Part shown: one piece after another, positions 1 through 12,480 of the stretch
How positions within the stretch are numbered: the stretch's first letter is position 1
How the letters are laid out: every line of letters starts with the position of its first letter
NCBI GenBank assembly: GCA_951406725.2
Contig: OX597832.1
Coordinates: 55,118,001-55,182,000 of the forward strand
Source of the DNA: Octopus vulgaris
Taxonomy: Eukaryota
Length of the DNA: 64,000 bases
Direction of reading: 5' to 3'
The notes under the pieces: model-generated
What the model was told of the DNA's origin: nothing
The model's input: only the letters and a program-made list of their open reading frames with translations
Database searches by the model: none
Translations under genes and position numbers: made by a program

Positions 1-404
1 TTGCTCAAGAACACAACGCGCCGTCCAGTCAGGAAATCGAACCCACGATCGTGAGTGCAACAGCTGTCTTTCACTGCAGCTTGACAACCGGTGTTGGTTC
101 GTTTACGTCCTCGTAATTCAGAGGTTGGACAAAAAGGTGCGGTAGAATTAGTACCTGACCTAAAATAACTACCAGGGTCGATTTGTTTGAATAAGCCCAT
201 CAGTTCGGTGCTCCAGCACGGCCGTAGTCCAATGTATGAAACAATTAAAAGATAAGGGAGCAGGAGATTCACTAATGATGTTCGTGCGTGAGATGGTAAA
301 TGATTTGTGTGTCAAGGATTCATCGTTAAACCAGCGTTCCTGTCGCGACCATCATGCCTTGTAGCGGACTATATTCATATTTAGTTTCTCCTTTTTATTT
401 GATC

Positions 405-512
405 ATAAATAAAGTGTCTTGCTCAAGGACACAACGCGCCACCGAGAATCGAACTCACGACCTCACGACAGCGAGCCGAATACTCTTAAACACTAAGCCA
501 GGCGTCTTCACA
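405..512 (-). mobile_element. tRNA-SINE 5' fragment (family D; tRNA head plus GTGTCCTTGAGCAAGACACTTT CORE/V-like domain, possibly octopus OR2)
   Basis: Minus strand reads degenerate A box, B box (GAGTTCGATTC), then GCGCGTTGTGTCCTTGAGCAAGACACTTTATT. The same motif occurs at 1-60, 21800-21840 and 31975-32010. Confidence 0.6.
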
Positions 513-601
513 CGACAGCGCTGTGGTCTACCGTCGAAACCGGAACGGGATAAACATCTACGACCACAATTTTACGAAGGGGAAATTTAATGTTCATAAT
601 A

Positions 602-770
602 AGCGTAGAAGTGGCTGTGTGGTAAGTAGCTTGCTTACGAACTACATGGTTCCGGGTTCACTCCCACTGCGTGGCACCTTGGGCAAGTGTCTTCTACTAT
701 AGTCTCGGGCCGACCAAAGCCTTGTGAGTGGATCTGGTAGGCGGTAACTGAAAGAAGCTCATCGTATGTA

Positions 771-815
<45 letters not shown>

Positions 816-877
816 TGATTGATTGATTGATTCTAGTTTCAGCTCACGAGCTGTGGCCATGCTGGGGCACCGCCATT

Positions 878-908
<31 letters not shown>

Positions 909-1123
909 TTGTGTGTATGTCTGTGTTTGTCCCCACCCCAACACCGCTTGACAACCGATGCTGGTGTGTTTACGTCCCCGTAACTTAGCGGTTCGGCAAA
1001 AAAGTCCGATAGAATAAGTACTGGGCTTACAAAGAATAAATCCTGGGGTCCGATGTGCTCCACTAAAGGCGGTGCTCCTGCATGGCCACAATCAACTGAC
1101 TGAAACAAGTAAAAGAGTAAAAG
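602..1123 (+). mobile_element. tRNA-SINE family A (octopus OK-like), full length, with internal (TA)n/(TG)n
   Basis: Head GTGGCTGTGTGGTAAG...GGGTTCACTCCC, body, internal microsatellite, tail GGCGGTGCTCC...CTGAAACAAGTAAAAGAG. Recurs more than 20 times in the window. The family name is from memory. Confidence 0.85.
815..875 (-). mobile_element. Isolated retroposon 3' tail (variant of family A tail) with (ATCA)n end, nested in the SINE microsatellite
   Basis: Minus strand: GGCGGTGCCCCAGCATGGCCACAGCTCGTGAGCTGAAACTAGAATCAATCAATC. Confidence 0.7.
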
Positions 1124-1671
1124 CGTAATTAGATTTCATTTTCAAGAACACTCCTTCGTTGCTACTAGAAATGTGTCGCGAGCGAAAACAAGGCATCGTT
1201 CCTCGCTTCGAAAATGTCTAGTACGGTATGATACTTGCTCTATATATTTCAATGCTGCCTCCAAAGATCGATAAAACGTATTTCACTTAAAATTCGCTAT
1301 CGATTCGAACGGCGCTAAAAGTCTTTTGTGCTCTCAATTTTCTGTACGTCACAATTATCGTCATCGTAAGTTTATTTTCGCTTCTAGAAGGCTTGTCTCG
1401 AACTGAGTAACATTTGTACTTAGCCGAATACGTGGAGTCAACATGGCCGATTATCCCATTATAGCCAGAGCTTGCTGACCTTGTGGCTAAAATAGATATC
1501 GTTAGCATGTCGGGCGGAATGCTTTCTTTACGTTCTGAGCTCGAATTCTGTCGAGGTCGGCGTTGTTTTTCATCCGTTAAGGGTCGATAAAATAAGAACC
1601 AATTGAACTCACTGTCATCAATGTATTCGACTTAGTCCCTTCCCCCAAACTCGCAGGCCTCACCCAAAGTT

Positions 1672-1858
1672 ATGATAGATCGTTAGCTCCTACACGCATT
1701 TTTTTCTCTCCTTGTTTCTCCCCTTGTTTTTTTTTTTCTGTGTATCTTTCTGTCGAAGAGCGTAGGCTCGAAACGTAAAAGACTTTTTCTATTCCTGAGC
1801 GCTTTGTTTGTATTCCACCTGCCTTCGTCTTTTGTTTATTTTCGTAAAGTTTCTCTTT
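1672..1858 (+). mobile_element. Short non-autonomous Penelope/retrozyme-like element (family H1) carrying a hammerhead motif
   Basis: Homologous to 4462-4658 (-), 38221-38340 (-) and 46790-46918 (+). Ends in (TA)n. Hammerhead-like motif at 1745-1782. Confidence 0.7.
1745..1782 (+). ncRNA. Minimal type I hammerhead ribozyme motif, A6U core variant
   Basis: TCTTT-CTGTCGA-A-GAGC gtag GCTC-GAAAC-GTA-AAAGA: stem I TCTTT/AAAGA, stem II GAGC/GCTC, GUA triplet. Confidence 0.55.
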
Positions 1859-1892
1859 ATATATATATATATATATATATATAATGATACAT

Positions 1893-1940
1893 ACAATAGA
1901 ACCTCGGTTTACGAACGCCTCTGATCACGAATAAATCGTG
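1893..1940 (+). mobile_element. pogo/Tigger-like DNA transposon terminal fragment
   Basis: TA-CAATAGAACCTCGGTTTACGAACGCCTCTGATCACGA, with a second copy at about 26322-26420. Resembles CAGTGGAACCTCG-type TIRs. Confidence 0.45.
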
Positions 1941-2157
1941 CTTTGTGTATATATATATACATATATATGATTAAGATTCAAATGAAGTAGGTACTTAAGT
2001 TGAAGCATTATTTGGAGGGGGGCCCATGACACTCCATGGACCCTAAGTAAAGCACGTGAAAAATTTGAACGAGATCGGCTGGGTAGTTCTCGAGTTTTAG
2101 TGATGCACACACACATACACACAGACAGACACAAATTCTCAGTTTTATATATATATA

Positions 2158-2285
2158 CTATCTTTTACTTGTTTCAGCCATTTGACTGTGGCCATGCTGG
2201 AGCACCGCCTTTAGTCGAGCAAATCGACCCTGGGACTTATTCTTTTGTAAGCCCAGTACTTCTTCTATTGGTCTCTTTTTGCCAT
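2158..2285 (-). mobile_element. SINE family A 3' fragment
   Basis: Reverse complement of the family A tail (TCTTTTACTTGTTTCAG...GCTGGAGCACCGCC). Confidence 0.8.
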
Positions 2286-2315
2286 ACATACATATACATA
2301 CGTATATATACATAC

Positions 2316-2358
<43 letters not shown>

Positions 2359-3054
2359 CATACATACATATATATATATGTATATACACCCACATACAGA
2401 CATTCAAACATGCACTTATAAACCAGTAAACAGATAGATGTGTGTATATATATATATATATATATACATATACACATATGTACATACACGTGTTATTATA
2501 TACACATGGACATATAAATGCACACACCCACGCACACATATACATCAACGTCGTCGTCGTCGTCATCATCATCATCATCATCATCAACATCAATGTGATG
2601 GTACTATTTTTATTCCTTATCCTGAACTACACTCAAGAAGTCTTGCGCATTAAGCTTACCATTTAGTACTTGTGTGTGTATATGTGTGTGTTTGTGTGTG
2701 TTTGTGTACAGACGGATGTTTATATATGGAATGTGTGCGTGCGTGTGCATGTGTGCGTGCGTTTGTGCTGACGTCGCTGCGTGATGTTGTTTTCATAACA
2801 GCATATTACGCTTAACGTTTCGGTATTCCGATATGTAAGTATGGACGGATAGTATTATATAGCGATGACTACGCGGACGTACACACATTCACACACACAC
2901 ACACACATACATACACACACATGCATACACACACACACACACACACACTACTACTACTACCATCGCCACCATGGTACTTGTACATATTTGCTCACATGCT
3001 CATATCCATCCATCTATCTGTTTGTGTGTATGTATGTGTGCGGATCTGTATCCA

Positions 3055-3129
<75 letters not shown>

Positions 3130-3221
3130 ACATACTCGTACCTATTGTAGATATATATACATACATATATATACTTATATATATATATGTGTATATGAAT
3201 ATATATACATATATGTATATA

Positions 3222-3262
<41 letters not shown>

Positions 3263-3296
3263 CTATTTTATAAATATATATATATATATGTATATA

Positions 3297-3337
<41 letters not shown>

Positions 3338-3433
3338 CTATTTTATAAATATATATATATATATTTTGATAAAAATGGTAAGATGATAGAGGAATAATTG
3401 TCACATATTACATTTACAGATATATATAAATAT

Positions 3434-3489
<56 letters not shown>

Positions 3490-3532
3490 CAACATATGTA
3501 TATATATCTTTCCATCTATCTATCTATATATA

Positions 3533-3567
<35 letters not shown>

Positions 3568-3589
3568 TAAGAACAATCTTACTTAGAAA

Positions 3590-3630
<41 letters not shown>
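2284..3630. repeat. Compound microsatellite field (TA)n, (CA)n, (TG)n, (CAT)n
   Basis: Directly visible simple repeats; source of the YIYI/HTHT ORFs. Confidence 0.95.
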
Positions 3631-4246
3631 GTTCCCTTGTCATTCATTCTACGTAAACTTAATGTTTCCCTATCTGTCTGTGTGTGTGTGTATGAAAGAG
3701 AGAGTGAGAGAGAAGGCTAGATGCATGTATATATGCATACACATGCACATATGTATATGGTTTATGCACACACACACACACACACACGCATATACGTATT
3801 TGTATACATACTATAATCTGCGTGCGTATGTGTGTACGCTTCTCATAGAGTACATTCCTTTTGTTTATTCTCAGAAACTGTGTGTAACGCGAACACCGTC
3901 ACGATTAGGAAATTCTCTCTTCCTCTCTCTTTCTTCTTCTCTCTTTCTCCCTCTCTCTCTCTCTCTCTCCCGTCCTCCCGCTTCGTTCGTCATTTACGTT
4001 GTCATGACGATCTAGTTGACCTTTCGTCATCAGTCGTGGGTGTGAACACTTTTTCCCCTCGACTACCATGTTTTCGTAGCTACTTCAACCCCGCTGTATA
4101 CATACCTACTCACCTCAAACGCGCGCACACACACACACATGCGCGCGCACACATACACACACACACACGTTCGCGCGCGCGCTCACACTATAAGGAAACT
4201 GTAAATATGGTCGAACAAAGCACTGAATACCAATATAGATCCATCT

Positions 4247-4286
<40 letters not shown>

Positions 4287-4323
4287 TGCGTATATAATGT
4301 AGTGTATAATTCTCAATTTTCAG

Positions 4324-4361
<38 letters not shown>

Positions 4362-4363
<2 letters not shown>

Positions 4364-4417
4364 TCTGTTTGTTTTCTACACCACCTATCTTCGTCTTTTG
4401 TTTTTTTCGTAAACACT

Positions 4418-4467
<50 letters not shown>

Positions 4468-4658
4468 GGAAAGTTCATGAAAATAAACAAAAGACGAAGG
4501 CAGGTGGAGTACAAACAAACAAATGTATTAGTATAGCGCTCAGGAATAGAAATAGAAAAAGTCTTTTACGTTTCGAGCCTACGCTCTTCTACTGAAACAT
4601 ACACAGAAAACAAACAAGGAGAGAAAAAAATGCGTGTAGGAGCTAACGATCTATCATG
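4362..4658. mobile_element. Tail-to-tail pair of family H1 elements: + strand 3' fragment 4362-4420, (TA)n, - strand copy 4462-4658
   Basis: CCACCTATCTTCGTCTTTTG faces CAAAAGACGAAGGCAGGTGG. Degenerate hammerhead motif at 4562-4598 (-). Confidence 0.65.
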
Positions 4659-4663
4659 GCGTC

Positions 4664-4704
<41 letters not shown>

Positions 4705-4727
4705 TGTGTGTGTGTGTGTGTGCGTAT

Positions 4728-4945
4728 TTACAAATCCAAGAACTAAAAAACACCAAGAAACTACAAAAGTCAATTGTCAGTACTCCGTGAAATATATTAG
4801 ATTCATCCGCGCTGAAATTTTTGGATGGAAAAATAGACATGACGTTTCGAGCATAGCTCTTCGTCGGAAAACGTCCAGAGTTGAGCAAAAGAAGGAAGCA
4901 AGCAGATAGTCCGGAGCAAAAATCGTGTGTCATCATTACATGGCC
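4728..4945 (-). mobile_element. Degenerate hammerhead-bearing element (H2-like)
   Basis: Minus strand TTTT-CCGACGA-A-GAGC tat GCTC-GAAAC-GTC at 4838-4871. Confidence 0.5.
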
Positions 4946-5017
4946 CAGCTTCCGCACGTTTCGAATAGATTGGTAAATTCTAAAATTCTCCTGTCTTTTG
5001 TGTTTGTTTTTGTGTAC

Positions 5018-5510
5018 CCTGTGACTAAGTTACGGGTACGTAAATATACCAACATCGGTTGTCAAGTGATGGTGAGGGGAGGGGGCAAACTCACACACAT
5101 TCAAACATATACATACACATATATATATATGCGACGGGATTTCTTCAGTTTCCGTCCACCAAATCTATTTCTTTACTACCCACAAGGGGCTAAACACAGA
5201 GAGGACAAACAAGGACAGACAAACGGATTAAGTCGATTATATCGACCCCAGTGCGTAACTGGTACTTATTTAATCGACCCCGCGGCGGAATTTGAACTCA
5301 GAACGAAACGGCAGACGAAATACGGCTACGCATTTCGCCCGGCGTGCTAACGTTTCTGCCAGCTCGCCATCTACCAAATCTACTATAGTCTTGGTCGGCC
5401 CAAGGCTATAGTAGAAGACAATTGCCCAAGGTGTCACGCAGTGGGACTGAACCCAGAACCATGTGGTTGGTAAGCAAGCTACTTACCACACAGCCACTCC
5501 TGTGCCTCTA
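5018..5510 (-). mobile_element. SINE family A interrupted by a family B SINE (5165-5369, -)
   Basis: Family A sequence resumes after the insert. Near-duplicated TCCACCAAATCTA/TCTACCAAATCTA flanks the insert. Confidence 0.8.
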
Positions 5511-5924
5511 TATCTGTATAATATATATACATATATCGTTTTTAAGGGTGTAACTCGAAGTAGTTAAAGCTATAAATAGTTGCTTATAAAGGCATACACA
5601 CCCTCATACACACTTATATACACACAATAAAACAAAATGTGGGAGTTTGGGCAGTAAAATGTGCTAATTCTCGTTGTAATAACCGCCAAAGAAAATTTAA
5701 CGGACGGGTTATTTGTGTGTTCTGCTCCAATAAAATTATTTACGCTTTCCCACTAATATCTTTCTGTAACATAATAACTACCTTATAGACACCCACCCAG
5801 TGTATGTATGTATATAGCGTGTGTGTGGGTGGATGTATGAGAGGGAGAGAGAGGGAGAAGGGGGTAGTGTGGCGGCAATGAGTTGTGTTTAATGCTGGGA
5901 GTTGTGAGAAAATTGCTTTTCGCC

Positions 5925-6285
5925 GTGGCTGTGTGGTACGAAGCTTGCTTACCTAACACATGATTCCGGGTTCAGTCCTACTGCGTGGCACCTTCGGCAA
6001 GTGTCTTCTACTAAAGCCTTTAGCCGATCAAAGCCTCGTAATTGAATTTGTAGACGGAAACTGAAAGAAGCGCATCGTGTGTCTGTGTATGTGTCCACCC
6101 CACCATCGCTTGACGGCCGATGCTGGTGTTTGCGTCACCGTAACTTAGCGGTCCGGCAAGTACTACGCTTACAAAGAATAAATCATGGGGTCGATTTCTT
6201 CGACGAAAACCCTTTAAAGCGGCACTCCGGGTGCTCCAGTATGGTCGTAGTCAAATGACTGAAACAAGTAAAAGAATAAAAGAAT
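5925..6285 (+). mobile_element. SINE family A, diverged
   Basis: Head, body and tail motifs as in 602-1123. Confidence 0.8.
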
Positions 6286-6921
6286 TCCATTAAATGTTTC
6301 TTTTTTCTTTATATATAAACGTGAGGTAGCGGAAGTAGATGCACGTGACAAAAATGCATTAATGTTCTGGGTTCAAATCTCAATGGAAGCGTGTGGGTTC
6401 CACTTCGACTTTCGTCCTTCTGTGTCTGATTGCTTGCTTATATTTTTTAATAACGGTTTGACTCAGCACCATACGACTTAGGGTTTTATGGACGTCAGAC
6501 CCATCCATCTCATCAGTTATCAGGAAAATGTCTTTCCAGGTTTACACAAACACACACATTGTATGTATGCATGCATTAATTGTAACGCAACTGAAAGGCT
6601 TCGGTCGAGACGTATCTGTCAGGCAATTTCACTTCCGGTTGCTTATCATTTCCGTTTAGGTACACTGCTTAATAATACTCATGAGGAAAAGCATGATTGT
6701 CACAACTCAATTATTCTCAATTATCCTAAACCACACGGCTTTTATTACTAATCAGAAGTAACCAGCAATTATATTAAGTTATATATATTCCTAAGCCTGA
6801 TTAAATTTCGGTTTTGATTCTTTGGTTTCTTTTCGTTTCTTTTTTTCTTTTTGTGTTGCTTGTTTTAGTCATTGGACTGCGGCCATAATGCTGATATGTC
6901 TGTCTGTTTGTATGTTTATAT

Positions 6922-7351
6922 AGGCGTAGGAGTGGCTGTGTGGTAAGTAGCTTGCTTACCAGCCACATGGTTCCGGGTTCAGTCCAGCTGCGTGACACCT
7001 TGGGCAAGTGTCTTCTACTAGAGCCTCGGGCCGACCAAAGCCTTGTGAGTGGATTTGGTAGACGGAAACTGAAAGAAGCCCGTCGTATATATGTATATAT
7101 ATATAAATATATATATATGTGTATGTGTGTGTTTATGTGAGTGTGCGTGTGTGTGTTTGCGTGTCTGTGTTTGTCCTCCCAATATCGCCTGACAAATGAT
7201 GCTGGCGCGTTTACGTTCCCGTACGTTAGCGGTTCGGCAAAAGAAACCGATAAGTAGTAGGCTTACAAAGAATAAGTCCCGAGGTAGATTTTTTCGACTA
7301 AAAAGGCGGTGCTCCAGCATGACTGCAGTCAAATAACTGAAACAAGTAAAA

Positions 7352-7355
<4 letters not shown>
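6922..7355 (+). mobile_element. SINE family A, full length
   Basis: GGCGTAGGAGTGGCTGTGTGG...GAAACAAGTAAAAGA followed by (TA)n. Confidence 0.9.
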
Positions 7356-7406
<51 letters not shown>

Positions 7407-8039
7407 GTAGTAGCGTTCTTTACCTCTCTGGTCAATAAGAGTTCAGTATCCACTAATTGAAGTTATCGATCTCATCATATTGATTGCATCGGTGATTATT
7501 TCACTTAGAGATATTAGAAATTTATATTGTTTATCGTTTGAAATGTTTCGTTGTAGGTCGAAGATGGAAAGGTAAGATTCCAGTGAACAGGCATCGTAAC
7601 CTGCTTTCGTTGTCAAGTGAATCTTAACCAACCCAGGTCGTTGACCTTTGTAATGCCGTTGGATTATTAGAAGTAAAACGATCGACAGAGGTTCATACAT
7701 GCGCACACATACGTTCATATACCTATGCGTACATACACACACACACACACACACATATATGCGCACGCCCGCTTACAGTACATACACGACACACATACGC
7801 ACATACACACACATACATACATGCTCACATACATACATATACACGCGCGCTGAATTACACACACTTGCTCACACATGCGCGCATGCACGCGCGCACACGC
7901 ACACACACACACTCATACACATACACACTGTGTGTGTATGTGTGTGAGCAGATCGATCGATCGTATTCTATCGAGAACATTGACCTCCGTTCATCTAAAA
8001 CATCATGGCTTTACCAGAAGTTAATTCTTTATTATTATT

Positions 8040-8553
8040 AACAGCATTTTGCACTTCTTTATACGTTCTGAGTTCAAAACCCACCGAGGTCGGTTCATCA
8101 TTCCAGGGGTCAATGAATTAAATATCAGTCGAGCACTGGGGTCGATATAATCGTCGAATCCTTCCCCCACCAGAATTTCGGACTTTGTACCTTTAGCGGA
8201 AAAGATTATTATCATCACAATTATTATCATCAAAATCGTTAGATCATCAGACAAAATACTTTGCAGTATTTTTTTTTCTGAATCATTACGTTCCGAATTC
8301 ATATTTCACCAAGGTCTATCTTTGTCTTTCATCCTCTCGGGGTGGGGGTCATTAAAATAAAGTACCAGTCATGTGAACTGGGGTCAGTGTAACAGACTTG
8401 CTCCGCGTCTTCGAAATTGTTAGCCTTGTACCAAAATTTGAAAGCAAAGATGGCTCGCTTAGTAGAATCGTTACCGCGCCGAATAAAGTACTTAGCGTCA
8501 TTTGTACCGGCTTTCAAATTCCGCTGAGGTCGACTTTGCCTGTCACCCTTTCG
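8040..8553 (+). mobile_element. Three degenerate family B SINE pieces in tandem
   Basis: Repeated TTCTGAGTTCAAA...GAGGTCGACTTTGCC/CATC...GGGGTC motifs. Confidence 0.6.
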
Positions 8554-8988
8554 CAGCGCTGGATTAACCCTTAAGCAAAATAAGCATGTGCTTTTAGGGC
8601 ATCAAGGGAAGGAGGGGGAGGAGGCACCACAGAAATGGTAAGTGGTTTACGGCACAAATGAATTCACTTTAAACTTGCTAAAGTAACATTCGGGATGCGT
8701 TTATCTCTACTAAGTATAGATGCAGATGTGTTACCTAAGATTAATTTTGAGGATTTGATCAAAGACTTTGCAATTCAAGAAAGTAGGAGGAAACTTTTCA
8801 AATATGAAAAAAGTGGAAGTATGCAAAAATAAACATTATTTTCCCTCTTACTGTTTTGTTTCGTTTTGAAAAATAAAAATTTATTTTATGGTTTGTTATT
8901 GTTTATACTTTGAATTACATAATCTTTTATGGGGGTACCAAAATCTTTTTAAGTGCTTAGGGCCTCGATGGGTCTTAATCCAACCCTG
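8554..8988. mobile_element. hAT-type MITE with perfect 8-bp TSD, inserted in a family B SINE
   Basis: TIRs CAGCGCTGGATTAA / TTAATCCAACCCTG. TSD CCCTTTCG at 8546-8553 and 8989-8996. CAG termini and an 8-bp TSD are typical of hAT. Confidence 0.8.
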
Positions 8989-9311
8989 CCCTTTCGGGGT
9001 TAATATACTAGAGTATCAGCGAAGTACTGGTGTCGATGTAGTGGCTTAAGGCCTCGATGGGTCTTAATCCAACCCTGCCCTTTCGGGGTTGATATACTAG
9101 AGTATCAGCGAAGTACTGGTGTCGATGTAGTGGCTTAAGGCCTCGATGGGTCTTAATCCAACCCTGCCCTTTCGGGGTTGATATACTAGAGTATCAGCGA
9201 AGTACTGGTGTCGATGTAGTGGCTTAAGGTCGCGATGGGTCTTAATCCAACCCTGCCCTTTCGGGGTTGATATACTAGAGTACCAGCGAAGTACTGGTGT
9301 CGATGTAGTGG
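8961..9311 (+). repeat. Tandem repeat, 4 x 89 bp, made of MITE right end + TSD + SINE flank
   Basis: Units start at 8961, 9050, 9139 and 9228 and are nearly identical. Confidence 0.95.
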
Positions 9312-10238
9312 ACTAACCACCTTGTCCACAGCGCCAGGCCTTGTACCTATAACAGAAAGAATACTTATTATTTTTGTTATCGTTATCAGAATCGGTAGAG
9401 GGTCGGGTAAAATACCTTGCTGTAATTACTCGTTTTTATATGATTCCATTGTCAAATCCCGCAACAATGACTTCGTTTGTCATCCTCCAACATCGATAAA
9501 AATAATACCCCACACAATCAATAATCGGGTAGATTCTACCCATTGTGACCATCCGTTTAGTTTTATTTATTTATTATTTATTATTTCATATTGTTTATTC
9601 ACTGCTTTCAGTTTTTGAATTGTGGCCGTGCTACGGCACGTTGCCTTCGGGGTTTCGAGTCGATCGTGAAATATTCCCGTAATTATTTTATCGATGTCTA
9701 ACAATTGAAATGTTATGTAAGGGAAATAAATAAACGTAACATAAGAAAAATCGAATTGTATAACGTGTAAACACACAGAAATATACACACACTGTATAGA
9801 CACGGACACACATAAACACACACACACACAACACACACACGTCCGTTTCATCAGATGCGGAGAGCGTCTGATGAAATGGACTTGTTCCACGCTTCCACGA
9901 AACTTCAAGTCATGTCGAACTGATTCAAACTGTTAGTAAATATTATATGTAATTCCTACCGAATGTTTAGAGTGGTATTTCTTTTATTTGTTCATTCAGT
10001 CATGTGCACACACACACACACACACACGTACGTACGTACATAAATACACATAAACATTCGTGCGCGCAGTGATATTTGGACAAGCGAAAGGAAAGGCACT
10101 CAACACATGCCATAGAGCGTGAGCGTATGTCCTATGTGCGTGCGCGCGTGTTGATCGTTCTCTATATTGCGTTATTATTGTAGGGACTTAGATGACTAAT
10201 ACTTTGAGCTGACAGACATTGTGGCGACTTATGGCGGA

Positions 10239-10279
<41 letters not shown>

Positions 10280-10282
<3 letters not shown>

Positions 10283-10510
10283 CTCCTTACTCTTTTACTT
10301 GCTTCAGTCATTTGACTGTGGCCATGCTGGAGCACCACCTTTAGTCGAGCAAATCGACCCCCAGGACTTATTCTTTGGAAGCCTAGTACTTGTTCTATTA
10401 GTCTCTTTTGCCGAACCGCTAAGTTCTGAACCCGAAACCATGTGGTTACCACACAGCTACTTACTTACCACACAGCCACATACCTACCACACAGCCACTC
10501 CTATGCCTAT
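10280..10510 (-). mobile_element. SINE family A with internal deletion
   Basis: Tail joined directly to head, with the body and microsatellite missing. Confidence 0.75.
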
Positions 10511-11354
10511 ATATATATATCTCGTTGGAATTTACAAAAAAAAAACAACGAAAGATGAAATATATATATATATATAATATGTGTGTATTTATTCACACAC
10601 GCACGCACGCACACACACACACACATATATATTTATATATATATATAAATACATATGCACGACACCTCTGTGTTCTTACGGTAGGAATTATTTGTATCGA
10701 ATAGATGATGCCGACTGACTTGGCGTTCATCATAAATCTCTCTCTCTCTCTCGCTCGCTCGCTCACTCGCTTGTCTCATATTAATACACACTGTTCAAAT
10801 ATGTGCGATAATAGACAAATGAGTGTTTTTATACGTAATGGACGTGTATGCGTGTGCATGTGTGAGTCTGTGTACATTTATACTAATCTTTATGTTAAAG
10901 CATTGTGTGTGTGTGTGTGTGTATAATGTGGAAATATGCATAAATGGGAACGTTCTAATTGGCCTAACCATATATCTGACTCTATCTGCTTGTCTGTCTG
11001 TTCGTCTAATCCGCATGCATCTATGTATGTGTCTGTCTGTCTCTCTGTATGTGTGTCTGTCTCTCTGTATGTGTGTCTGTCTGTCTGTCTAATCTGCATG
11101 TATCTATGTTTGTATTTGTCTGTCTGTATGTCTGTCTTACAGCAGAATCTCTGGAAGAAACGCTTGGATTTTGTTTTGTTTTTTGTTTCTGCGTACGACG
11201 AACAAAAAGAAAGAAAATGGGGGGAAAAAAAAAACAGAAAAAGAAGAGAAAAAAATGATAAAAAAAATAACCGTTAGAGCATTACAACTGCGCGTTATGC
11301 AATTGTTACAGTGTGGCTGCAGTAAATCTTTCTCTCTCTCTCTCTTTTTCTCTC

Positions 11355-11590
11355 CAACCAATCAGTCAGACGCCATGTTGCTTGAACTGCCGTCTCTGTG
11401 AAAAACTGTGCTCCATATATCTCTGAAAAAAAAAAAAAAGACAGAAAGAAAGAAAGAAAGAAAAAAAGAAGAAAATCAATCAATATAAATATATCCGAGT
11501 CGCATTTCAACTACCAAAATTAGCTTCCTCTCACATAGTGGGAATAGATAGGGCTGACTGTCACGTGATCTGGACGTAACACGTGATTTC
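11355..11590. promoter_or_regulatory. Possible regulatory cluster (CCAAT, YY1-like, two E-boxes)
   Basis: CCAATCAG 11358-11365, CGCCATGTT 11371-11379, GTCACGTGA 11560-11568 and CACGTG 11580-11585 in non-repeat sequence. Motif matches only. Confidence 0.2.
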
Positions 11591-11788
11591 GCGTGCATTA
11601 TTATTATCATCATCATCATCTCCGTTTAGACAATCTGCGTACAACACCACACTTTTTCTGCCATTTATTTATTTATTTATTTATTTATTGGCCTTATTGA
11701 TTTCTCCGAAGCTTTGCTACATTCAATGAAAATATTCTTCCTATTCTCCCTGTGTCTGTCTGTATGTCTGCTTGTCTGTTTCTTCCTG

Positions 11789-11838
<50 letters not shown>

Positions 11839-11971
11839 TTTCTCTCTCTATCTCTCATTTCTCTTTAAATACACTACCGTTCTCTTCTCGTTCGCTGTAC
11901 GCCTGTTCGACTTTGTAAAATCTCTTAGCTCGCGTGTGTCTGCGTTCAAACTGACGTTTCGGATCGCATGG

Positions 11972-12035
<64 letters not shown>

Positions 12036-12480
12036 ATGTCAAATTTTTCTCCTGGCATTTTTGGTCAGCACGAAACTTCTGCCAATAATGGGTGTTTCAA
12101 CGTGACCTTTTCCGACTGCACGAAACATTTGTGTTCAAAGAATGAATCAGTCAATCGTTTTAAAGATTTCGTTTCGAGAGAAGAAAAAAACGCAATAAAT
12201 AAATAAATAAATAAATAAAAATATTCTTTGAAAAGCAATAAATCTCAAGGTTTTATAATTTGTTATGGCACTAAAGCTTGCCACATTGAATTATAAGTGT
12301 GTGCCACCCACAACATATCAAACGCACAAATACACAATTGTGCTACACATCAGAGGCACATTACAAGAAACATGTACGCAGACACATGTTGGTGGAGCGT
12401 AGCTATTAGTGTGGGTTTACCAAGTTCGCTTCTTAATCTCGCGGTTCCGTGTTCGAATTTCTGCACTGCTGTGTAACTTC

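Noticed and set aside
6801-7332. Recurrent peptides such as GTEPGTMWLVSKLLTTQP and [13 protein letters not shown]
   Set aside because: Translations of SINE family A, repeated wherever the SINE occurs.
8961-9311. Regular array resembling CRISPR
   Set aside because: The units are fully repeated with no unique spacers, there are no cas genes, and the array derives from eukaryotic TEs.
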